Origin: Candidatus Cloacimonadota bacterium
Lineage (GTDB): Bacteria > Hydrothermota > E44-bin80
DNA: 45,378 nucleotides
Assembly: GCA_030633565.1 (NCBI GenBank)
Contig: DAOVSH010000003.1
Coordinates: forward strand, 1-45,378
Direction: 5' to 3'
Position numbers and translations under genes: made by a program. Under the pieces are notes generated by a model. It made no database searches. It was not told the origin of the DNA and saw only the letters and a program-made list of their open reading frames with translations. Shown piece by piece: positions 16,349 through 26,616 of the stretch; the first letter of the stretch is position 1, and each line of letters starts with the position of its first letter.

Positions 16349-19300
16349 CTAAAGTAAATTTTCAAGGAAAACCTTAACCTTCCTGTTTATTCCTTGCTCG
16401 CCATCGTAGAACATATTTATAATAGGAATCTTTATATCCTTTTGTATTGTGTGGAAGAATGCTTGTGTGATGACACCTGGCATACAGGTGAACGGTGCGA
16501 CATTTACTATAGCCTTTGCACCATCACGTGCAAAAATTCTGCTTCTTCCCAGAGTTAGAATTGCCTCAGTTCCAAAATTAGGAGGAACATACCGCATTGC
16601 TTCATTTAGAATTTCATCAATTTCTGGTTCTCTTCGGTCTTTCAGAATGGGTTCTGTAATTTCGTTTATCTCACGTTCGACCTTTCTGATGAATTTATTT
16701 ACCATAGCTGTTTTCAGCTTTTTAATATAATTTCTTGAGATACCTGCACGCCATCGTGCCATAAAATCCGTATACCATATCCATTCGGATATTGGAGAAA
16801 TCCAGACTTCACAGCCACTTGACTCAATTAATTCATTAAGATTGTCGTTTCCATACGGGTCTTGCCTGATGTATATTTCACCAACAACTCCGACAATTGG
16901 TTTAATTATGTCTTTTACGTTTATATTTTCAAATGCTTCAATTCCCCGTGATAATTCATCGTATATATTATCATTACTTTCTATTGCATGTTCTAACCTG
17001 TCAACAATATTTCTATAAGTTCTTTCTGTTTCCTCAGTATTTTTTTCGTATGGTTTTATTCTATTTCTACATTTTAGAATGGAATCATAGATGAGGATTA
17101 TTTTCCATAGAAAAACTCTCATTCTCTGAGGGAGACCACTGTACGCATTGTATGAGTTGGGTGATAGTATAGAAGTATCTTTATAACCTTCCCTATCGAG
17201 TATAAGCCTCTGAAGAAAGACATACTGTCCAAATCTGCAAGGACCAAATGACGTCGGCATAAAAAGTGCGTGTTTCTCCTGTGACATTTTTTCTATCTCA
17301 TGAATGAATGATCCGATCGTCAATGCACATGGAAGGCATTCTGAACCCCTTACAAGTTTTCTCCCTATTTTCCATGTTTTTTCCGTTGTTTGTGGGATTG
17401 CCTTAGATTTAAAACCAAATCTTCTGAATGTTGCAGCAAAGAATCTTGCTCCAACAGGATGCATTGGAGGGATCCAGATAATTTTATCTTTCAGTTCATC
17501 ATCTCCTCTGGTTAGTATAAATATTTTTGATATTTTTTCTCTTTCCTTCTTTCGATACTCATTTATAACGTCAAAGTATGATTCAATCCTTGTTTGAAAA
17601 ACTGCATCCCCACCGTGCTCATCGACTTCAAGGATGAGCATGGGTCTGTTTTTCATTATTTCTTCAGCATATGATAGTAAAAATGAATCTGGTCCACAGG
17701 AGAAGTTCGTTATATAAACAGGAAATAAATTTTCCTTGTCTTTTATAAAATTTAAGGTGTCTATAATCTTACCACCGTATCTCCAGTACATTTTTTCATC
17801 TGTCGTTGAGGGTGAAGAAATGAAGTTCATGGGGATGATTTTGTAACCACTCTGGGAGATCTTTAAAGGTACACCAAGATTACCCGTGTTGCAGTACAGA
17901 GTGTATGGTCTTCCTATAAGGACAATTGCCTTTTCCCCGTTTGCATTTATATCTCTTAGAATTTTTCTTCCCTTATTCTCGATTTCATTGTCAAATTTTA
18001 CCTGCTCGGTTATTGCTTTCTTGAGGGCGTTTTTAATTCGCCATTTCTTAATTTCCCACTTTTCAAAATATTCATACAATTTCTGAATCATTACATATTT
18101 CTTAGCAGTAAAGTCAAAAACGGGACTTAAAAATTTGTTATGCTGAACCCCTCTCAAAGAAAATCCAGCTGTTATGTAACCCGGATGTGATTCAACATAA
18201 GGACAGAAATAGTTATATGATTTCTCGTTCGAAATCTTGAAGTTAATGATCCATGGAAGAAAGATATAGTCAACATCTTTCCTTCTTAAAAGATCATCAA
18301 CTACACCGAAGAGAATTTTAACTGGAAAGCAGAAATCTGATGTAGCGTTTTCTTTTCCTTTCTCTACAGTCTTTTTATCCGGGGGTTTTGATAGGATAAC
18401 TCTGAAACCGAGCTCCTCAAGGAAAGTTTTGTAGAATGGATAAAGTGAGTAGGATGAGATAGCCAAAGGAATACCAATGGTTGCAATATAGTCCTTTCTG
18501 GACTTAGTACCACATGACAGTTTCCTCATATAGAATCGAAAGAGGTCAAATTCTTTATTTATATGTGATGAAGTATCGTCGGGCTCCCTTCCACACTGAT
18601 ACCCAAAGGATACAACCTTATTGCCTATGGAAAGGTATGTAATCTTGCAGTGATTTTCACATAATGTGCAATTCTTGTAATGTATATCAACTTCTTTATC
18701 TTTCACCTCGAATCCCTCGAAAGTGGTCTTACTTTTTAATCTTTCCTTAACAATAAGGGCAGTTCCATAAGCACCCATTACATGACAGTATGGTGAAACT
18801 TTAACTTCAACACCAAGTCCATTCTCAAATCCTGCTACAAGTGCCTTATTTCTCGCAGTCGCTCCCTGAAAAAAGATTTTATCCTTTGGAATATATCGTC
18901 TGCCGACGACTCTATTTATATAATTTTGAACAACAGAATATATACTTGCTGCCATTGCTTCCTTTTTTGAATACCCTTCCCTCAGGAGTTTATCAATGTC
19001 TTGTTCCATGAATACTGCGCATCTCTCCTGGCTAACAGGTGGGGATATTCCCATTATACTATCGCTTACCTTCTTTATATCATACCCAAGCTTTTTTGCC
19101 TGTTCCTCAAGGAAACTACCTGTTCCTGCTGCACATACGTAGTTCATGTTACAATCATAGACGCTTCCATCTTTAATTCTGATATACTTTGAGTCCTGTC
19201 CCCCTATTTCAAATATGACCTTAAGATCAGGAAATATATTTAATGCACCTTTTGCGTGAGCTGTTATCTCATTTATGATAACGTCTGCTCCAACGAAATG

Positions 19301-20455
19301 TCCGACAAGTTTTCTTCCTGAACCAGTTGTCCCAGCACCTTTTATTTTTACTGGTATGTTTTCTTTCTTTAATATCCACGTAATTGATTCAAAGAGCCTT
19401 TTTGTTGCTCCTATTGGATCACCCTCAGTCCTGCAATAGAAGTCTGCAACAATATTTGTTTCTTCATCAATTAAAATTGCCTTTGTGCTATTTGAGCCGA
19501 TATCGAGCCCGATATATGCATCTATAGTTCTCTCTAAATTTCTGTGAATTCTTATCTCTGTTTTATTTTTATGGATAGTTTCCTTATAGACTTTAAAATC
19601 TGGATAGTCTGATTTTTTTAATAATAACGGAACATTCTCCTCTTTCTTTTTTCTTACACCTTTACTCTCTCTTATAGAGAAAACCTTCTTTGAGAATGGT
19701 TTTACACTTTCCAATGCAGCGCCAACTGCTTGGAATAGAGGTGAGATTTCTTTATCGTAGACCAGCTCCTGCCCTGCTATTTTTTTTAGGTATTCTATTA
19801 CAAAGAGATTTCTGACTACACCACCAGATAATACTGTTCTGCCACTTATAGGTTTTCCCTTGAATAGTGTTTGTAATACACTTAAAGACATTCCTTTGCA
19901 CAGCCCTGCCCACATTTCCATCTTTGAATATCCTTCCTGTTGTCTGTTAATTAAATCAGTCTTAGCAAATACTGTACACCTGCTTGCAATGGTTGGTGGG
20001 GATTGTGGAGTATCTTTCCATTTTGCTATCTCTTTATATTCGAGACAGAGTCTCTCTTTTTGCTGATCAAGAAAGCTTCCTGTCCCTGCAGCACAGAGAG
20101 AATTTGTTATAAGATTCTTAAATTCACCATCAACACCGAGTTCGATGAGTTTCGATGAACTTGCTCCAATCTCAATGATATTCCTTACATCAGGATAAAA
20201 TTTCTTAACTCCTTTTATTAAGCATTTAACTGAATCTATAACATCAAAGATTTTGAAATATTCCTTCAGGAAATAAGCATGTTCACCTGTTATACCAAGA
20301 AGGTTTTCATTATTCTTTAAGGTTGAAGTAATAGTCTTGAAAACCTGTAAAATTTCTCCTTTGTGTAAGATAATGTGTTTATGGGCAATAGAGCCATTGT
20401 CAAGAAATATAACTTTCACTGTCTGAGATCCTATGTCGATTCCAATTCTTTTCAT
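16349..20455 (-). CDS. CoA-substrate-specific enzyme activase (two BadF/BadG/BcrA/BcrD ATPase domains plus DUF2229-type domains)
   Basis: GIDIGSQTVK and GLDIGSNSTK; CAAGTGSFL twice; EIGGQDSK; CFPVK, FSCGPDSF, ECLPC, GPCRFGQY, PFTCMPG. Confidence 0.93.
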   Translation of the reverse strand: MKRIGIDIGSQTVKVIFLDNGSIAHKHIILHKGEILQVFKTITSTLKNNENLLGITGEHAYFLKEYFKIFDVIDSVKCLIKGVKKFYPDVRNIIEIGASSSKLIELGVDGEFKNLITNSLCAAGTGSFLDQQKERLCLEYKEIAKWKDTPQSPPTIASRCTVFAKTDLINRQQEGYSKMEMWAGLCKGMSLSVLQTLFKGKPISGRTVLSGGVVRNLFVIEYLKKIAGQELVYDKEISPLFQAVGAALESVKPFSKKVFSIRESKGVRKKKEENVPLLLKKSDYPDFKVYKETIHKNKTEIRIHRNLERTIDAYIGLDIGSNSTKAILIDEETNIVADFYCRTEGDPIGATKRLFESITWILKKENIPVKIKGAGTTGSGRKLVGHFVGADVIINEITAHAKGALNIFPDLKVIFEIGGQDSKYIRIKDGSVYDCNMNYVCAAGTGSFLEEQAKKLGYDIKKVSDSIMGISPPVSQERCAVFMEQDIDKLLREGYSKKEAMAASIYSVVQNYINRVVGRRYIPKDKIFFQGATARNKALVAGFENGLGVEVKVSPYCHVMGAYGTALIVKERLKSKTTFEGFEVKDKEVDIHYKNCTLCENHCKITYLSIGNKVVSFGYQCGREPDDTSSHINKEFDLFRFYMRKLSCGTKSRKDYIATIGIPLAISSYSLYPFYKTFLEELGFRVILSKPPDKKTVEKGKENATSDFCFPVKILFGVVDDLLRRKDVDYIFLPWIINFKISNEKSYNYFCPYVESHPGYITAGFSLRGVQHNKFLSPVFDFTAKKYVMIQKLYEYFEKWEIKKWRIKNALKKAITEQVKFDNEIENKGRKILRDINANGEKAIVLIGRPYTLYCNTGNLGVPLKISQSGYKIIPMNFISSPSTTDEKMYWRYGGKIIDTLNFIKDKENLFPVYITNFSCGPDSFLLSYAEEIMKNRPMLILEVDEHGGDAVFQTRIESYFDVINEYRKKEREKISKIFILTRGDDELKDKIIWIPPMHPVGARFFAATFRRFGFKSKAIPQTTEKTWKIGRKLVRGSECLPCALTIGSFIHEIEKMSQEKHALFMPTSFGPCRFGQYVFLQRLILDREGYKDTSILSPNSYNAYSGLPQRMRVFLWKIILIYDSILKCRNRIKPYEKNTEETERTYRNIVDRLEHAIESNDNIYDELSRGIEAFENINVKDIIKPIVGVVGEIYIRQDPYGNDNLNELIESSGCEVWISPISEWIWYTDFMARWRAGISRNYIKKLKTAMVNKFIRKVEREINEITEPILKDRREPEIDEILNEAMRYVPPNFGTEAILTLGRSRIFARDGAKAIVNVAPFTCMPGVITQAFFHTIQKDIKIPIINMFYDGEQGINRKVKVFLENLL

Positions 20456-20685
20456 AGATAAAAAGTTTAATTAGTTATATATTTCATTTTCATTAAGAAA
20501 GAATTTAAGATACAGTGTGAAAAGTTTCTAAAATAAAGGATTATACAATTTGTTTTGATAATAATTAAATACTTATATATCATAGCCATTAGTGTTTGTC
20601 AAGAGAATATAATTTTCCTTTCTTATATATAAATACTATTTAGGTGTGTTAGGAAATTAGATTTTTGAGAGGGTGGAAAATTGAA

Positions 20686-21399
20686 CTACCACTCGATTTC
20701 TTCAATTATTACATCTTGTGGGATTTTGAAGCCGACGACTTCTTCAGGAAGTTCTACATTAAACTGAGGATTGATATAGGTTATTTTTTCAACGGTTGAG
20801 TCTGCCTTCGAATACCGAACAGTAAAAATTTCTAAAGGAAAGTAATATTCACCATATTGAATGTGATTACTGTAATGGGATTTGCTTAGTGTTGAACCAT
20901 TTGGTTTTTTAAATTCAGCATAGGAAATTTTGCCAGAAACATATACCAGGGTAAAATCTCCCAGTATCCTGGATGCCTTTTTGGGAGGCTTCCAGTAGGT
21001 TAATAAGGTATCCCCTCCTTTTTTGCGGTGGTAAGAAAGAGAATATCCTAAATCAATTAACCCATAATCTTTATTAACAACCCCCAAAAAAGCCTGAAAG
21101 AATGGTAGTGTAACAGGATTCTGGGTGTTAAATCGGAACGCCTTTCTCTGGTCTGGATAGTATATATCCATTACGAATTTACCTAAAATCATCCATTGAT
21201 TGATCGGCTCCTTAATGAGTACAGTAATGTTTTCCTGAGAACTAAAGTAGATAGTTCCTTTGATAATCTCTTCAGTGTTTTTTTCTTTATAGTATCGAAT
21301 GAATTTTACCTGAATATCCTGCAAAGACTGAGAGGCACAAAAATTATTGGTGATATTTAGTAAAATAAAAACTGTAAATGCTGTTAATGTTTTTTTCAT
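20686..21399 (-). CDS. LolA-like outer-membrane lipoprotein carrier fold protein
   Basis: Signal peptide; GTIYF...EPINQWMI...IYYPDQRKA; C-terminal NPQFNVELPEEVVGFKIP. Confidence 0.6.
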   Translation of the reverse strand: MKKTLTAFTVFILLNITNNFCASQSLQDIQVKFIRYYKEKNTEEIIKGTIYFSSQENITVLIKEPINQWMILGKFVMDIYYPDQRKAFRFNTQNPVTLPFFQAFLGVVNKDYGLIDLGYSLSYHRKKGGDTLLTYWKPPKKASRILGDFTLVYVSGKISYAEFKKPNGSTLSKSHYSNHIQYGEYYFPLEIFTVRYSKADSTVEKITYINPQFNVELPEEVVGFKIPQDVIIEEIEW

Positions 21400-21461
21400 A
21401 CTCTATTTTCACTTTCAATCATTACCAAACAATGTCCAGGAGCAACCTCCAGCACAAAAAT

Positions 21462-22961
21462 CTAACGAAATTTACTATCCTTTTTTCTTCTAAAAGCGAT
21501 AAATTCATTTATAATTTTTTCAATTTTTTCGTCTGGCAGTTCATTGGATGTTTCTTTCGTTTGATTGAGCTCAGTTTCTTTAGGTGCTTCTGTATTTTTA
21601 ATTTGAGGTTTTTCGGGAGTTCGTATGTTGTAAGCAAGTCTCTTTATATTAATTAGATGGAGTGGTGAGATATTATCTGAAGTAATACCGCCCCCCCATG
21701 TCCCGCATCCAAGCGTAAGTGAGGGTGAGAGACCTGTTGTAAAACCTATACCACCATGTGTTCCTGGTGTGTTTACAAGTATCCTGAATGCAGGTTTCTT
21801 CATAGCAAATTCTCTGATAACTTTTTCATCCTCTGAGTGAATGACAAGTGTATGTCCAATTCCACCGTATTTCAAAATCTCAATGCACCGTGAACATCCA
21901 TGTTGCCAGTCTGTTTCGACATAATATGATAAGACCGGTGATATTTTTTCCTTTGATAATGGAAATTCATCCCCTACACCTCCGGGTTCAGCTATTAGTA
22001 TTCTGGTTCCAGAGGGGATGGAAATTCCTGATTTTGCTGCAATGATATGAACAGGCTGTCCGACAACATCGGGATCCGGTAAACCCTTAGCCGTAAAAAG
22101 AATATTCTTCACTGCCACTGCTTCCTCTTTAGTAAGAAAATAGCAATTGTTTTTTTTGAATTCCTCCCGAACATCTTTATCGATTGGTTCGTCACAAATA
22201 ACCGCCTGTTCTGAAGAACAGACGGTTCCATTATCGAATGTCTTGCTTAAGATAATTTTCGAAACCGCTTCTTTAATGTTACAGGAGCGTTCGAGAAATG
22301 CGGGAACGTTTCCAGGACCTACCCCTATTGCAGGTTTTCCAGAACTATATGCTGCCTTTACCATAGCACTTCCACCCGTTGCAAGGATAAGACTAATTTC
22401 AGGATTTCTCATTAGTTCATTAGACCCTTCCATAGTAACGTTTGATATGCACTGGATCGTGTATTCAGGCGCACCTGCAATTTGTGCAGCTTTACCCAGA
22501 ATGTTTGATGTACTGAGACTACATTTTACAGCTCGGGGATGTGGGGAAAAAACAATAGTATTTCTTGCTTTTATAGATATTAAAGCCTTAAAGATTACTG
22601 TAGATGTCGGGTTTGTCATTGGAATTATACCGGCAATAGGACCCATAGGTTCAGCAATTTCGTAAACTTTTCTTTCTGGATACTCATTGATGATACCAAC
22701 GGTTTTCATATCCTTTATTGATTTATAGACATTCTCTGCCGCAAAGCGGTTTTTTATTACTTTATCTTCGTAAACACCGAGTTTTGTTTCGTCTATTGCC
22801 TCTTTTGCCAGTATTTCTGCATTTGCCAGGATGGCATCTTTCATTGCTCTAACAATTGTGTCGACTTTTTCCTGTGATAGTTCCGATAGTATTGCCTGTG
22901 CTTGTCTGGTTCTCTTACATAAGGTTCTAACTTCCTGAATTGATTCCAAATCCTTATCCAT
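21462..22961 (-). CDS. CoA-acylating aldehyde dehydrogenase (EutE/AdhE N-domain family) with a C-terminal encapsulation-peptide-like helix
   Basis: IPMTNPTST, FSPHPRA, LATGGSAMVKAAYSSGKPAIGVGPGN, catalytic SKTFDNGTVCSSEQ, PSLTLGCGTWGG. Confidence 0.93.
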   Translation of the reverse strand: MDKDLESIQEVRTLCKRTRQAQAILSELSQEKVDTIVRAMKDAILANAEILAKEAIDETKLGVYEDKVIKNRFAAENVYKSIKDMKTVGIINEYPERKVYEIAEPMGPIAGIIPMTNPTSTVIFKALISIKARNTIVFSPHPRAVKCSLSTSNILGKAAQIAGAPEYTIQCISNVTMEGSNELMRNPEISLILATGGSAMVKAAYSSGKPAIGVGPGNVPAFLERSCNIKEAVSKIILSKTFDNGTVCSSEQAVICDEPIDKDVREEFKKNNCYFLTKEEAVAVKNILFTAKGLPDPDVVGQPVHIIAAKSGISIPSGTRILIAEPGGVGDEFPLSKEKISPVLSYYVETDWQHGCSRCIEILKYGGIGHTLVIHSEDEKVIREFAMKKPAFRILVNTPGTHGGIGFTTGLSPSLTLGCGTWGGGITSDNISPLHLINIKRLAYNIRTPEKPQIKNTEAPKETELNQTKETSNELPDEKIEKIINEFIAFRRKKDSKFR

Positions 22962-23004
22962 TATATTTCCCTTGAATTATTTTTCCCCTTTTTGTATAAT
23001 TCTA

Positions 23005-23715
23005 TCATTGGTCTTCTTTTTTTTCTTTCAACCTTGCATATACTGGAATGGTAATCTTTCTTTCTTTATTTATATTTGAGTAGAACCTAACGACACCGAC
23101 AAATCTCCACTTAATTTCTGAAGGATCAAGGGTAACCTCTAAACTAACGGTGTCAACCTTGTGTGAGACTATTTTTGCTGTGAGCTTTGCAGGTTCTGTT
23201 GTAATGGAATCAATCCTTATGGTATCTACTAAAACTGAACTGATTATGACTGTATCGATAAGAATTCTATCTTTTTTAATTTCTCCAAAGTCGACATTCT
23301 TTGGTTCACAGTTCCAGGTTTTTTTAACTATTCCGACAATCGCTAACCGCGTTACTCTGTTTTCTTTATCGTTTGTTGTGACAAAGATCGATTTTGAAAT
23401 CTTTCCTTGCCTTCCTTTCGAATAGAAGACTACTTTTATTGTTCCTCTCTCCCCTGGTTCTATTAATTTTTTCTTTAGTTCTGTTACAGCACAGCCACAC
23501 GTTGATCGCACATCAATTATCTTTAGAGTAGTATCACCATCATTTTTGAAATGAAAGAAGCAGTCTACATTCTCGCCCTGTATAATTTCACCAAAATTAA
23601 AGGTCTTTTTTTCAAAGACAATTTTTGGAGATGCGTTTGTGAATGAAATAAAAAAGAATAGGAAGAGGAGAGTGATTTCAGTATTTACCTTTAATGGTTT
23701 CTTAATCACTTTCAC
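23005..23715 (-). CDS. DUF1573 domain (Ig-like) exported protein
   Basis: FNFGEI...FKNDGDTTLKIIDVRSTCGCAV...IEPGERG; start moved to GTG 23715 (GTGA overlap with the upstream stop) from the 23790 ORF start. Confidence 0.85.
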   Translation of the reverse strand: MKVIKKPLKVNTEITLLFLFFFISFTNASPKIVFEKKTFNFGEIIQGENVDCFFHFKNDGDTTLKIIDVRSTCGCAVTELKKKLIEPGERGTIKVVFYSKGRQGKISKSIFVTTNDKENRVTRLAIVGIVKKTWNCEPKNVDFGEIKKDRILIDTVIISSVLVDTIRIDSITTEPAKLTAKIVSHKVDTVSLEVTLDPSEIKWRFVGVVRFYSNINKERKITIPVYARLKEKKEDQ

Positions 23716-24707
23716 TCTATTTTCCAATTTAGCAATTTTTCCATTACATCCTCCGGTGAAATCAGGGAAAGGCAGTTGTAATACTGGCATTTATCCCTAA
23801 TGCACCGTTTACAATAGGGAACTGGCGGTTCAAAAACAAGGGCATGAGAGAGTGGTCCCCATCTTTTTTTTCTGTTCACGCGAGAGGGAGGGAAAAAAGC
23901 AATTACGTTTGTATCTACTGCTGTTGCGATATGCATCGGACCTGTGCTATTGCCAATGAACAGCTGTGCAAGTGAAATAATTGCCATTAATTCACGCAGA
24001 TTTGTTTTTCCTGCTATATTTACAACCTCTGTGTCACACCCTTCTCTAATACGGTTGTTTTTTTCATATTCATTTTTTGTTCCTGTGAGAACAATTTGAT
24101 AGTTAAATTCCTTCTGCATAAGTTTTACAAGAATCTCAAAATTTTCCTCTGGCCAGGAGAGTGTTGAGCCGCCTGAGCCAGGATGGACAACGATGAATCT
24201 CTTACTATCTATTCCGTTATCGTTTAAGAACGATAACGCACTACTTTTCTCTTTTTCAGTCAGAAAAAGCTTTGGTATCTTAATTCCTGTGGTTATCCCC
24301 ATTTTTTTTAGCAGACGAAGATTATACTGTAGTTCATGTTTTTCCGATGTATGTCTGTGTTCATACGTTCGTTTATTCAGAAGAAAACTGTACCATCTAA
24401 AACCTGTACCAATTCTTTCCGGGATATGGGAGAGGAAAAGAATGAGCGAAAGAGAAAACGTGGGATAGAGCAAGATTGCAACATCAAATTGTTCCTTTGA
24501 AAGCATCTTTATATTTCTTCTCAATCCGTTATTGTTGAAAGATATTGTTTTGTCGATATAAGGCTGATGCTTTACGAGTTCGCTTGTCGATTCTTTAAGC
24601 ATATAGCAAATCTCAGATTCTGGAAATCTCTCTTTTAGTATCTCTCCCAGAGGAAGGGATAATACAACGTCGCCTATTCTATCTGTTCTTATAATGAGGA
24701 TCTTCAT
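23712..24707 (-). CDS. Glycosyltransferase family 9 (LPS heptosyltransferase-like)
   Basis: MKILIIRTDRIGDVVLSLP; VVHPGSGG; GKTNLREL; GNSTGPMHIATAV. Confidence 0.93.
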   Translation of the reverse strand: MKILIIRTDRIGDVVLSLPLGEILKERFPESEICYMLKESTSELVKHQPYIDKTISFNNNGLRRNIKMLSKEQFDVAILLYPTFSLSLILFLSHIPERIGTGFRWYSFLLNKRTYEHRHTSEKHELQYNLRLLKKMGITTGIKIPKLFLTEKEKSSALSFLNDNGIDSKRFIVVHPGSGGSTLSWPEENFEILVKLMQKEFNYQIVLTGTKNEYEKNNRIREGCDTEVVNIAGKTNLRELMAIISLAQLFIGNSTGPMHIATAVDTNVIAFFPPSRVNRKKRWGPLSHALVFEPPVPYCKRCIRDKCQYYNCLSLISPEDVMEKLLNWKIE

Positions 24708-24858
24708 AACTAATTAATATTATAATTATTAATGAAAGTCAAGAAAAATCATCCACAGATACCTTACCTGTTGTTGAGGTTTTGGTGTTTCGGTAATTAA
24801 TTTATTGAAATACTCTGTGTTCTCTGTGGTTAAAGGTTTTTAGGTTAAAGGATTTTGC

Positions 24859-24887
24859 TTGACAAGATATTTATATTATGATAATAT
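24859..24887 (+). promoter_or_regulatory. Putative sigma70 promoter upstream of the pilin locus
   Basis: TTGACA-N17-TAATAT with TG extended -10. Confidence 0.55.
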
Positions 24888-24896
24888 TATTAAGGT

Positions 24897-24932
24897 TTCG
24901 CAAAATGCAAAATCGTTCGCAAAATGCAAAAT
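24897..24932. promoter_or_regulatory. Tandem 17-bp direct repeat, candidate enhancer (bEBP) sites
   Basis: TTCGCAAAATGCAAAAT at 24897-24913 and 24916-24932; each contains the imperfect palindrome TTCGCA-N3-TGCAAA. Confidence 0.7.
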
Positions 24933-25004
24933 TTAAAAGAGAAAAAGCGTTTTTTAATTAAATATAAGTATATATTATCTATAAGTTTATGATTTTGGTA
25001 ACAA

Positions 25005-25020
25005 TGGCATATAATTTGCT
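25005..25020 (+). promoter_or_regulatory. sigma54 (-24/-12) promoter of the pilin gene
   Basis: TGGCATATAATTTGCT has exact GG-N10-GC spacing, 48 bp before the ATG; AAGGAGGTG RBS follows. Confidence 0.85.
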
Positions 25021-25068
25021 TTATGTTAACAGTAGAAAATAAAATATCAATGGAAGGAGGTGTAAAAG

Positions 25069-25635
25069 ATGAAAAAAGGATTTACGTTAATTGAGTTGAT
25101 GATCGTTGTGGTCATCATAGGTATCCTCGCAGCTATCGCTATACCTAACTTTATGTCGATGAGACAGAGAGCAAGAGAGGCATCAACACAGTCCAATATG
25201 CATACACTGCAACTGGCTCTTGAAGATTTCTCCACCATGTGTGAAGGAAATTATCCTTCGGATTTGGAGGATCCAGTTAACAATGTTCTTGGTTTCGGTA
25301 CCAATCCCGCTTATATTGCGGATGCCTGTCCTGGAATTGCAACAACTGTTGTAGTAGTTGGTGGTGATGCACTACTTCCTGGCAATGCCACATATGCTAA
25401 CCCGTTCCTACGTGCCGGACAATGCCTTGATTATACCGCTGTTATAGCTCCACCAGGACCAGTTCATGTTGCTATTGCTCCTAATGCTTCTGGACAGGGA
25501 ACTGTATATTTTGCTGGTCTTGCCGCTGATGGTACTTACCAGGGTCCTATGGTTACAATACCTGCATTTTCTTATATCATATATGGTGATGGATATAAGA
25601 ATATTCTTGATTTAGTTCTGCGTCCGGGTATCTAA
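25069..25635 (+). CDS. pilA: Type IV pilin (probable major pilin)
   Basis: MKKG|FTLIELMIVVVIIGILAAIAIPNF; own promoter, strong RBS and terminator. Confidence 0.9.
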   Translation: MKKGFTLIELMIVVVIIGILAAIAIPNFMSMRQRAREASTQSNMHTLQLALEDFSTMCEGNYPSDLEDPVNNVLGFGTNPAYIADACPGIATTVVVVGGDALLPGNATYANPFLRAGQCLDYTAVIAPPGPVHVAIAPNASGQGTVYFAGLAADGTYQGPMVTIPAFSYIIYGDGYKNILDLVLRPGI

Positions 25636-25651
25636 TAAATACTCTTTTTTG

Positions 25652-25691
25652 TGGGGTCAGAATCTCCTGATTTTGGCCCCATTTTTTATTT
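25652..25691 (+). terminator. Rho-independent terminator after the pilin
   Basis: TGGGGTCAGAATC-TCCT-GATTTTGGCCCCA stem followed by TTTTTTATTT. Confidence 0.8.
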
Positions 25692-25701
25692 AAGTAATGA
25701 T

Positions 25702-26616
25702 ATGCATGCCTTAGAGATAGTATCCCTATCCAAAGCTTATTTATCAGGTTTTTTAAAGAAGGTTCAGGCTTTACAAGAAATAAGCCTGACAATTGAAGAA
25801 GATGAGATTTTTGGTTTTCTTGGCCCTAATGGTGCTGGAAAGACAACAACACTGAAGATTGTAACAGGACTTCTTAAACCTACTTATGGGGATGTAAAAA
25901 TTTTAGGTGCCCCACTCTCTCAAGTAAATATAAGAAAGCAGATTGGGTTTCTCCCGGAACATCCTTCTTATTACAATCACCTTACCGGTTTTGAAATCCT
26001 TGATTTTGCCGGGGGTCTTTGTTGTATTCCTGGATTTGAAAGAAAAAAAAGAATAGAAAGATTGTTTGATAGGGTGCGGCTGAAAGAAGTTCGTAATGTC
26101 AGAGTATCAGAGTATTCTAAAGGAATGATACAGAGACTTGGAATTGCCCAGGCTCTCATTAACAATCCAGAATTAGTAATTCTTGATGAACCCCTTTCAG
26201 GGTTGGATCCTATAGGAAGAAAAGAACTTAAAGATATTATTATCTCATTAAAGGACGAAGGGAAAACGGTTTTTTTCTCAACACATATACTTGCAGATGT
26301 GGAAATGATTTGCAACAGGGTGGGAATACTTCATAAGGGTAGACTTTTAAAAGTAGGAAAATTAAATGATTTCTTATCAGACACAAAAAGGAATGTGATT
26401 ATTACATTTGAATTTACAGGTAGAGTTAAACCAACCTTAATACAGAATGTCAATCCAACTGCTGAGGGATACTTGAATGTTACCATTGAGAAGGAAAAAC
26501 AAAATACAATAGTAAAATCTCTGCAAAACGAAGGAGCAAGTATTATATCAATAGTCCCAGAGACTATTACACTTGAAGACTTTTTTGTTGCTGAAATAAA
26601 GAAAGATGAAAATTAG
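25702..26616 (+). CDS. ABC transporter ATP-binding protein (Myxococcus PilH/Geobacter XapD-like)
   Basis: GPNGAGKTT, YSKGMIQRLGIAQAL, ILDEPLSGLDP; start moved to ATG 25702 because 25651 lies at the terminator. Confidence 0.92.
   Translation: MHALEIVSLSKAYLSGFLKKVQALQEISLTIEEDEIFGFLGPNGAGKTTTLKIVTGLLKPTYGDVKILGAPLSQVNIRKQIGFLPEHPSYYNHLTGFEILDFAGGLCCIPGFERKKRIERLFDRVRLKEVRNVRVSEYSKGMIQRLGIAQALINNPELVILDEPLSGLDPIGRKELKDIIISLKDEGKTVFFSTHILADVEMICNRVGILHKGRLLKVGKLNDFLSDTKRNVIITFEFTGRVKPTLIQNVNPTAEGYLNVTIEKEKQNTIVKSLQNEGASIISIVPETITLEDFFVAEIKKDEN

Noticed and set aside
24897-24932. Direct repeats as a CRISPR array
   Set aside because: Only two 17-bp copies separated by 2 bp; no spacers or cas genes; the same applies to the other repeats in the window
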